Shown: positions 13,698-20,000 of the stretch, one piece after another
Position numbering within the stretch: the first letter of the stretch is position 1
Layout of the letters: each line of letters begins with the position of its first letter
DNA from: an uncultured virus (IMG/VR IMGVR_UViG_3300025000_000089)
Taxonomy: Duplodnaviria; Heunggongvirae; Uroviricota; Caudoviricetes
Virus record (IMG/VR): IMGVR_UViG_3300025000_000089
Strand: one strand, 5' to 3'
DNA: 20,000 bases
Made by a program: the position numbers and the translations under genes
Notes under the pieces: generated by a model
Seen by the model: the letters and a program-made list of their open reading frames with translations, nothing else
What the model was told of the DNA's origin: nothing
Database searches by the model: none

Positions 13698-15027
13698 CAG
13701 GCAGGTACCACCACAGGCGATAGAGTCGGAAATGTCAATCCTCGGCGCGATATTCGTTGAGAACGAGGCGATTGATACCGTAGCGGCGATAATAAAGGCT
13801 GATGACCTTTACCGCATCTCGCACCGTCACATCTACGCCGCCATGTGTGCGCTGCACGACAGCAACCAGCCTATCGACACTGTGACGCTCTCTGCAAAGC
13901 TCAAAGGGGCGGGAGTGCTTGAAGAGGTCGGCGGCGCTGCCTATCTCGCCGTGCTGGTCGATTTCGTACCGATGGCGGCAAATGTGGCCTACTACTGCAA
14001 AGAAGTCGCGCAGAAGGCAACAGAGCGCCGGATACTGGCCGGGGCAAGCGAGGCGGCACGGATCATCTACGCCGGCGGCGAACTGTCGGAAGCGGTGACG
14101 GTGATTGAGACTGCGATTCAGCCGGTCGTGGGGGTGCAGGCAACGGAGCCGGTGAGCATGGCCGCGTCACTGAGGGAAGCGGTTGTCAGGATCGAAAAGC
14201 GCCATGAGTCAAGGGGCGAGATCCAAGGCATCCCTTACGGCATCGCTGAGCTTGACGCCGCAACATCGGGGATGCATCCAGGAGAGCTGATCGTCATCGC
14301 AGGCCGTCCGTCAATGGGAAAGACCGCGCTTGCGCTGAACGTGCTTGGCAATGTCGGAGCAACAGGCCGCGCCGGTATGTTGTTCTCGCTGGAAATGAGC
14401 AGGGGCGACAACGTGGACCGCATGGCGTCATCGAGGGGCATCAAGTACCAGAACATCCGCAGCGGGCAGCTTTCAGAGCTTGAGTGGATGAAGCTGTCGA
14501 AGTGTTTCGGGGAAATGAACGACTGGCGGCTGATGATTGATGACACTCCCGCTATCTCCCTGCGCGAAATCAGAGCCAAGGCGAGACGGCAGAAGCGCGA
14601 CGGGCTTGACCTGATCGTCATCGACTATCTGCAGCTCATGTCTGTGACAGATCCGCGAGCTAGCCGTGTACAGGGCATCGGGGAAATCAGCCGCGGGCTG
14701 AAGCATCTGGCGCGGGAGCTGGGAGTACCGGTTATCGCTCTCTCGCAGCTCAGTCGTGAGGTTGACAAGCGGATGGACAAGCGGCCGGTCATGAGCGACC
14801 TTCGCGACTCAGGCGAGATAGAGCAGGACGCGGATGTCATCATCTTCCCTTACAGGCCCGCCGTCTACTGCGACAAGTGCCGCGACAGGGTAGAGTCAAG
14901 CGACCACAGTTACAAAGAGCATCAGGCTAAAGCGGAGATAATCATTGAGAAGCAGCGGGCGGGAGAACGCAACTTGAGCGTTCCTGCCTGCTGGATTGGT
15001 CAGTATCAGCGGTTTGACAGCGTTTAA
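13687..15027 (+). CDS. dnaB: Replicative DNA helicase
   Basis: VPPQAIESEMSILG, Walker A AGRPSMGKT, FSLEM, IVIDYLQL, LSQLSR, SDLRDSGEIEQDAD, KQRAG. Confidence 0.97.
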   Translation: MTTDRQVPPQAIESEMSILGAIFVENEAIDTVAAIIKADDLYRISHRHIYAAMCALHDSNQPIDTVTLSAKLKGAGVLEEVGGAAYLAVLVDFVPMAANVAYYCKEVAQKATERRILAGASEAARIIYAGGELSEAVTVIETAIQPVVGVQATEPVSMAASLREAVVRIEKRHESRGEIQGIPYGIAELDAATSGMHPGELIVIAGRPSMGKTALALNVLGNVGATGRAGMLFSLEMSRGDNVDRMASSRGIKYQNIRSGQLSELEWMKLSKCFGEMNDWRLMIDDTPAISLREIRAKARRQKRDGLDLIVIDYLQLMSVTDPRASRVQGIGEISRGLKHLARELGVPVIALSQLSREVDKRMDKRPVMSDLRDSGEIEQDADVIIFPYRPAVYCDKCRDRVESSDHSYKEHQAKAEIIIEKQRAGERNLSVPACWIGQYQRFDSV

Positions 15028-15036
15028 GGGGGAACT

Positions 15037-15216
15037 ATGAAATCAGGCACGCGGGTGAAGATGGTCAAGACGATGGCACCGGTTGAGGTGCCGAACGGCA
15101 CAGAAGGAGTGGTGACGAGTGCTAGCGAACGCATGGTTGTGGTTCAGTGGAGCAACGGGTATGTGCTCCCGATGTTCCTTGAAGAGGTAATCGAAACAGC
15201 AAACGAGCTTTTCTGA
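15037..15216 (+). CDS. Small SH3-like protein (DUF4314-like), 59 aa, absent from the ORF track
   Basis: MKSGTRVKMVKTM..VPNGTEGVV....VVVQWSNG, with a GGGGG RBS. Confidence 0.6.
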   Translation: MKSGTRVKMVKTMAPVEVPNGTEGVVTSASERMVVVQWSNGYVLPMFLEEVIETANELF

Positions 15217-15313
15217 GCCGATACCCCGTCAAATTTGGGCGAACGGGGGCGAGTGTAGGTAACGAGTCGCGTAGGGGGAAAGGGGCGGCTTAAAACGCAA
15301 ATTTGGAGGTTTT

Positions 15314-15633
15314 ATGTTATCAGTGGGGCAGAAGTTGTGGTTTGTGCCAAGAAGGGGAGAGGCGCAAGAGGTTGAAGTGATTAAGGTGGACCGGAAGTGG
15401 GCGTATATTTCGGGCAGTCGTCCAGATCTGCGGGTTGATGTTGAAACGCTTTCTGCTGATGGTCGTGGCTACTCTTCCCCCGGCCAATGCCACATGGACC
15501 GCGAGGCTTACGAATTGGATGTGACGCGGAGAAAGGAGTGGTCAGAATGGTATGGCGACTTGGGGCCACATCCCCGCCGCCGCACCTGACGCTTGAGGAC
15601 ATCAGGGAAATCCGCGCTAAGCTGCGGCTGTAG
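15314..15633 (+). pseudogene. Phage hypothetical gene with a probable frameshift near 15545
   Basis: The reading frame stops at 15589 after a short atypical tail, while the -1 frame continues ...SPPPHLTLEDIREIRAKLRL* to 15633 and fills the gap to the next gene. Confidence 0.45.
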
Positions 15634-15671
15634 GCAAATTTGGACGAAATAGGGAAAAAAGGGGGGGGGTT

Positions 15672-15926
15672 ATGACGGTGAATGAGTGTTTGGTGAGTTG
15701 CACAGAAGAGTTGATGAAGTTGATGAAGGCGGAACGTGTTGAGGTATACAATCGGAGTATGGATGCGATGGTCGAAGCACTCGAAACCATCTCGGGACTT
15801 GTCAGGGATGCCACGAAACACAGTAGTTGCCAAGACTGCACAGTGGAAAGAAAAATGGAAAGTGTGCATGAGTACATCGCGAGGGTTATCAAATTGGTGG
15901 AACAAGGGCAAAGGGGGGAATCATGA
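15672..15926 (+). CDS. Hypothetical protein
   Basis: G9 run immediately upstream of the ATG, and ATGA coupling downstream. Confidence 0.6.
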   Translation: MTVNECLVSCTEELMKLMKAERVEVYNRSMDAMVEALETISGLVRDATKHSSCQDCTVERKMESVHEYIARVIKLVEQGQRGES

Positions 15927-16285
15927 ACAAGAAAGAGCAGGCGTATGTGGAGGAGCTTGAGACGCGGCTGGCGTTGCGGTTTACGGGAGAGGGGACGATA
16001 GTGCCGGATGTGCCGCCGCCAACAGTGTATGAGATGGGCGACGTGCTGACCAAGGGTTTCGTGTTCAACTTATACGGCAGTCGGGTAAGTGTGGCGTGTT
16101 CATCGTCAGTCAGCCACGCGGTAGGCCGAAACGACAAGACCGCCCGCAAACAGTCAATAGCCCTCTACAGCACCCGCAAACTCGCACTCCAGGCCATGCG
16201 GCGGGAAATGGAGATGAACTTTGCGCGGGAGCTGCGGGCGGTGGATAGGATGATCGCGGCAGAGGATAAGGGGGAGGAATCATGA
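15923..16285 (+). CDS. Hypothetical protein
   Basis: RBS present and ATGA coupling on both sides. Confidence 0.7.
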   Translation: MNKKEQAYVEELETRLALRFTGEGTIVPDVPPPTVYEMGDVLTKGFVFNLYGSRVSVACSSSVSHAVGRNDKTARKQSIALYSTRKLALQAMRREMEMNFARELRAVDRMIAAEDKGEES

Positions 16286-16692
16286 GCGAATTGGAGCGGT
16301 ACAAGGAAGCGGTGGAGTATCTGACGCGGGAAATGATCAGGATGCACAAAATCAGTGGCGCTAGGGTGAGGGACGACGTTGAGAAGATCCTCAACCCGCA
16401 GCCCGTCTACGAAGAGGTGACGGTGGAGCGGTGGGAGTGTCCGAAGTGCGGGGCCGTCCATAAACCAGAAGACCACCGCGACTACTGCTGCAATATCCCG
16501 AGATCGGACGGTATTTCTCTCACCGGCACCCGCCGCGTGCAAGTGGCGCAGAAGGTGGAGCGGAGCGTTAGCGTGGAGGCGCACATCAACGGGTTCGGAA
16601 ATGTCTTTAGCCTTAACGGGGACAGCCTCTTTTCTGAACATCCCGAGGTCCATCGCAAAACCGGCACTCTCACATTCATGGTTAAGGAGTAA
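16282..16692 (+). CDS. Hypothetical protein with WECPKCG motif
   Basis: GGAGG RBS, ATGA coupling. Confidence 0.7.
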   Translation: MSELERYKEAVEYLTREMIRMHKISGARVRDDVEKILNPQPVYEEVTVERWECPKCGAVHKPEDHRDYCCNIPRSDGISLTGTRRVQVAQKVERSVSVEAHINGFGNVFSLNGDSLFSEHPEVHRKTGTLTFMVKE

Positions 16693-16695
16693 AGG

Positions 16696-16723
16696 GAAAG
16701 GCCCCTTGAGTGGGGCCAGTTTC
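16696..16723. terminator. Hairpin at the early/late boundary (possible terminator)
   Basis: GAAA-GGCCCC-TTGAGT-GGGGCC-AG-TTTC. The U-tract is weak on both strands. Confidence 0.45.
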
Positions 16724-16732
16724 ATAATAAGG

Positions 16733-16761
16733 TTGACATTTCCTCAATGATGTTGTACGGC
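16733..16761 (+). promoter_or_regulatory. Putative late promoter
   Basis: Perfect TTGACA (16733-16738) with a poor -10 (TACGGC at 17-nt spacing), upstream of the packaging operon. Confidence 0.4.
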
Positions 16762-16785
16762 TACACGCAAACAGAGGGCGCACAC

Positions 16786-17112
16786 ATGAATGTTAACGAT
16801 AGGACCGTCAACGCGATACAGGGGAAGACGTGGAGCTACCAGCAGCAGGAGCGCGAATCGCTCACCTACACCGTGAACTGGTCCGCCGTATTGGGCGCTG
16901 ACACCATCGAAACCAGCGAGTGGACGGTACAGGGGCAGGCGATGTCAACAGGGGCTTACACGGACTCTCACGCGGCTGTAACGGTCAACGCGAGCCAGGG
17001 GAGGTATAAACTGGCGAACGTGATCACCACAGCGAACGGAGAGACACATGAGCGCGTGATAAAGCTGCAGGTGCTGCCGGCTGATGTGGAGATAGCGGGG
17101 GATTACGAATAA
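16786..17112 (+). CDS. Phage fibre-tail adaptor-like beta-sandwich protein
   Basis: ESLTYTVNWSAVLGADTIETSEW...GRYKLANVITTANGETHERVIKLQV resembles the 'LDYxxDWSxWL..DTI..S.W...Y.V.N.I.T..G...ER' adaptor family. TAATG coupling to TerS. Confidence 0.6.
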   Translation: MNVNDRTVNAIQGKTWSYQQQERESLTYTVNWSAVLGADTIETSEWTVQGQAMSTGAYTDSHAAVTVNASQGRYKLANVITTANGETHERVIKLQVLPADVEIAGDYE

Positions 17113-17639
17113 TGCCAGCGGGAAGGCCGTCAATACCGTTCAACCAAGATATCGCTGACACGCTCTGTGAAGAGCTGAGTACGTCCAACAAAGCGACATC
17201 GACCATCCTGGTTGAAATCGGCAAGACGGGCGACACTGTAGGCGTCACGACCATCTATAAGTGGCTGAGAGACAATGAGCAATTCGCGAAGGATTACGCG
17301 AGAGCTAAAGAGGAGCAGGCCGATTTTCTCGCGGAGGAGATGCTTGAGATAGCGGATGATGATTCGCTCGATGTCGGATTCACTGATGAGGGCAAGCCGT
17401 TTGTCAAGGGCGAGAACATTCAGCGGGCAAGGCTAAGGATCGACACGCGGAAGTGGATAGCATCGAAACTTAAGCCGAAGAAGTACGGCGACAGGATCAG
17501 CCAAGAGATTACCGGCAAAGACGGCGGACCGGTCGAAACCGTCGCAGAGGTCACAATTCGGCCACAGGTTACGAGAGAGGAATGGTTAAAACTTCATGGT
17601 CTGGATACCGCAATGGGGGCCACAACTAGCGGCGAGTGA
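17112..17639 (+). CDS. terS: Terminase small subunit (Sf6-like)
   Basis: GRPS..FNQDIADTLCEEL, TTIYKWL, YARAKEEQAD, RARLRIDTRKWIASKLKPKKYGD. Directly upstream of TerL. Confidence 0.88.
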   Translation: MPAGRPSIPFNQDIADTLCEELSTSNKATSTILVEIGKTGDTVGVTTIYKWLRDNEQFAKDYARAKEEQADFLAEEMLEIADDDSLDVGFTDEGKPFVKGENIQRARLRIDTRKWIASKLKPKKYGDRISQEITGKDGGPVETVAEVTIRPQVTREEWLKLHGLDTAMGATTSGE

Positions 17640-18987
17640 GGCCGATTGGTGCGATGAGCTGTTCTACGGCGGGGAGCGCGGCGGTGGAAAGTCTGACTTT
17701 CAGCTTGGATACCAAGAGGATGGCGCATTACGCTACGGGAAGCACTCCAATGGCATCATGTTCCGCAAGACTTATCCAGAGATGGAGGAGTTGCAGAGCC
17801 GGGCAGCTGAGATATTCACCGCTTCCGGCGCGATCTTCCGAGTACAGCCGAGCGCAAACTATCCTTTCTCCAACTGCTGGTATTGGCCGAACGGTGCAAC
17901 GGTCAAGATGCGGTACATCGAGAACGAGAAGGATTATGGGCGATATCACGGTCATCAGTACACGCGGATATCGTTTGATGAGGTAACGGAGTATTCAACG
18001 CCTTCCGGTCTCCTCAAGATGCTATCGACACTCCGAAGCGCAAACGGAGTGCCTTGCTCGGTCAGATGCACAGGGAACCCAGGCGGTGTCGGTCATGTGT
18101 GGGTAAAAGCGAGATATGTTGACCCAGCGCCACCTTTCACGCCTTACACGGACCCCGAAACCGGATTCACCCGCATGTTTGTACCTTCGCGGCTCTCTGA
18201 CAATCAGATCCTCGTCAAGAATGACCCGAACTATCGGAGCAGGATCTTAGCGGCGACGGACGGCAATGAGGCGCTGCGGAAAGCATGGACGGAGGGCGCT
18301 TGGGATATCGTGGCCGGTGCGTTCTTTTCCTCATGGTCGAGCCAACTGCATGTGGTCAAACCGGTGGAGTTGCCGGGAGATTGGACGCGGTTCTGCTCAA
18401 TGGATTGGGGATCATCGCACCCCTTCAGCGTCGGATGGTGGGCCGTTTCTGATGGCTCGCTTCCGCAATTCCCCGCAGGAGCGATAATCCGGTACCGCGA
18501 ATGGTACGGCATGAGCAGGCCGAACGTGGGCCTTAAAATGAGTGCTCCGGCTGTCGCAGCAGGGATAATTGAGCGGGAGAATGAGCCGATGGCGTACCGC
18601 GTTGCCGACCCCGCCATATTCGCAGAGAACGGCGGGCCGAGTATTGCGCAATCAATGTTGCCAACGGTCTGGAAGCCGGGAGATAACAAGCGCCAACCTG
18701 GATGGACCCAGCTCAATGACCGGCTGATCGGCATCGACGGCAGGCCGATGATTTACTTCTTCAGCACATGCACCGACACCATCCGCACGGTACCGGCGAT
18801 GCAGCATGATAAGCACAAGATAGAGGACATTGACACCGATGGAGAGGATCATATAGCGGACGAAATCAGATATGCCTGCATGTCTCGACCGTGGATCAGA
18901 CCGAAACCGGAGCCTGTCGTGATACCAGACCCATGGGACAAGCGTTTTGACGGCGACGGTGATGAGGATGATTGGAAGGTGAATTGA
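17596..18987 (+). CDS. terL: Terminase large subunit
   Basis: WIPQWGPQ, Walker A YGGERGGGKS, Walker B ISFDEVT, CTGNPGG, nuclease residues SMDWG, ADPA and EDHIADEIRY. Confidence 0.95.
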   Translation: MVWIPQWGPQLAASEADWCDELFYGGERGGGKSDFQLGYQEDGALRYGKHSNGIMFRKTYPEMEELQSRAAEIFTASGAIFRVQPSANYPFSNCWYWPNGATVKMRYIENEKDYGRYHGHQYTRISFDEVTEYSTPSGLLKMLSTLRSANGVPCSVRCTGNPGGVGHVWVKARYVDPAPPFTPYTDPETGFTRMFVPSRLSDNQILVKNDPNYRSRILAATDGNEALRKAWTEGAWDIVAGAFFSSWSSQLHVVKPVELPGDWTRFCSMDWGSSHPFSVGWWAVSDGSLPQFPAGAIIRYREWYGMSRPNVGLKMSAPAVAAGIIERENEPMAYRVADPAIFAENGGPSIAQSMLPTVWKPGDNKRQPGWTQLNDRLIGIDGRPMIYFFSTCTDTIRTVPAMQHDKHKIEDIDTDGEDHIADEIRYACMSRPWIRPKPEPVVIPDPWDKRFDGDGDEDDWKVN

Positions 18988-18998
18988 GGGGGGATTTT

Positions 18999-19175
18999 AT
19001 GAGACGCACAGATGATGGCGACAAACGGGAGCACGCGCGCAGTGAATGTGGCGAATGTGGCAAAGAAACCACATTGCTCGTCCAGATAGGGGAAGAATAT
19101 GGGTATGAGACAGAGACAGCTTTTGTCTGTAAGGAATGTATAGAAAAGGCACTGCGACTGTTTGACGACAAGTAG
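18999..19175 (+). CDS. Small zinc-finger protein between TerL and portal
   Basis: CGECG...FVCKECI, with a GAGGGGGG RBS. Confidence 0.65.
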   Translation: MRRTDDGDKREHARSECGECGKETTLLVQIGEEYGYETETAFVCKECIEKALRLFDDK

Positions 19176-19216
19176 CACCCGCACCCTTTGTGCGATAACA
19201 CGCACCAGGAGACAAC

Positions 19217-20000
19217 ATGACAGACCCGAGCAAGACCCCGCCCGACTTGCATTCAACGCTTGTCCAGTGGTTCGAGGACAGCGAAGACTCCACGCAGGAC
19301 GCCCGCAAGCTGGCAGAGAGGGACGCTGATTACTACGACGGCAAGCAACTCACGCCGGAAGAGTACCGCACCCTTAAAGCCCGCAGACAGCCCCCCGTTG
19401 TCAATAACCGCATCAAGCCCAAGATCGACTTCATGCTTGGCGCCGAGCTGAAAACCCGCACAGACCCCAAAGCCTTCCCCCGAAATCCCAACGTAGACGA
19501 GGACGCTGCGAACGCCGCAACGGACGCGCTGAGGTACATCTGCGATGCGACCAAGTTTGAGCGTGTCCGGTCCCTCTGCTACGAGGATGGGCTCAAATAC
19601 GGCAGCTACGGCGGTCAGATCGTCGTTACTCCCAAGGGGAACGACTTCAAGATTGATTTCGTTCATGTGCCTTGGGACCGGATCTTCTACGACTACCACT
19701 CCCGCGCCAAGGATTTCAGCGATGCCAAGTACAAGGGCGTTGTGATCTGGCAGGACCGGGAAGACGCGCTTGAAATGTTCCCTGGCAAAGACGGCATCCT
19801 AGCCAATACCATGGCAAGCGTCACAGCCGGTCAGACCTACGATGACAAGCCGCAGAACCGTTGGGCCGACAAGGGGCGCGACAGGGTGCGCGTCGTCTAC
19901 ATGGAGTACAAGAAGGGCGGCGAGTGGTATTTCTGCTATCTCACCAAGGGCGGATTTCTGCGCGAACCGGCGAAGATGCCCTTTGTCAACGATGACGGCG
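19217..20000 (+). CDS. P22-like portal protein (3' truncated by the window edge), absent from the ORF track
   Basis: Hand translation MTDPSK...QWFEDSEDSTQDARKLAERDADYYDGKQLTPEE..LKARRQPPVVNNRIKPKIDFMLGAE...DPKAFPRNP..AANAATDALRYICD. AGGAG RBS, and the gene follows TerL. Confidence 0.9.
   Translation, partial: MTDPSKTPPDLHSTLVQWFEDSEDSTQDARKLAERDADYYDGKQLTPEEYRTLKARRQPPVVNNRIKPKIDFMLGAELKTRTDPKAFPRNPNVDEDAANAATDALRYICDATKFERVRSLCYEDGLKYGSYGGQIVVTPKGNDFKIDFVHVPWDRIFYDYHSRAKDFSDAKYKGVVIWQDREDALEMFPGKDGILANTMASVTAGQTYDDKPQNRWADKGRDRVRVVYMEYKKGGEWYFCYLTKGGFLREPAKMPFVNDDG

Noticed and set aside
13687..18987. Inteins or introns in dnaB or terL
   Set aside because: Both have normal lengths (446 and 463 aa) and uninterrupted motifs.
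19253..19745. Short ORFs listed in the track over the last 750 nt
   Set aside because: They are explained by the portal reading frame starting at 19217, which runs off the window and so was not listed.

Overview
This window is a contiguous segment of a tailed dsDNA phage genome, probably a P22-like podovirus of temperate ancestry, spanning the late/early/late junctions. It opens with the end of a probable tail-fibre gene, a TIGR02594-type endolysin candidate overlapping a class-3 lipase, and a terminator. A short leftward operon follows: XRE repressor without a peptidase domain, a hypothetical gene, a ribbon-helix-helix (RHH) gene and a PAPS-reductase-like PP-loop/Cys-rich enzyme. A divergent promoter/operator switch precedes a long rightward early region of small genes (YopX, MazG-like, Gp157, ERF, DUF1064, a self-promoted HNH, many CxxC microproteins). 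Next come a replication initiator with an internal iteron origin and DnaB, then a fibre-adaptor-like gene, TerS, TerL and the start of a P22-like portal. No integrase, holin, tRNA or CRISPR array was recognised. The most notable observations are the endolysin+lipase cassette, an attenuator-like leader before the replication genes, duplicated RBS/start boundary sequences flanking small genes, and an atypical immunity region. All family assignments come from motif recognition by eye, not from database searches.
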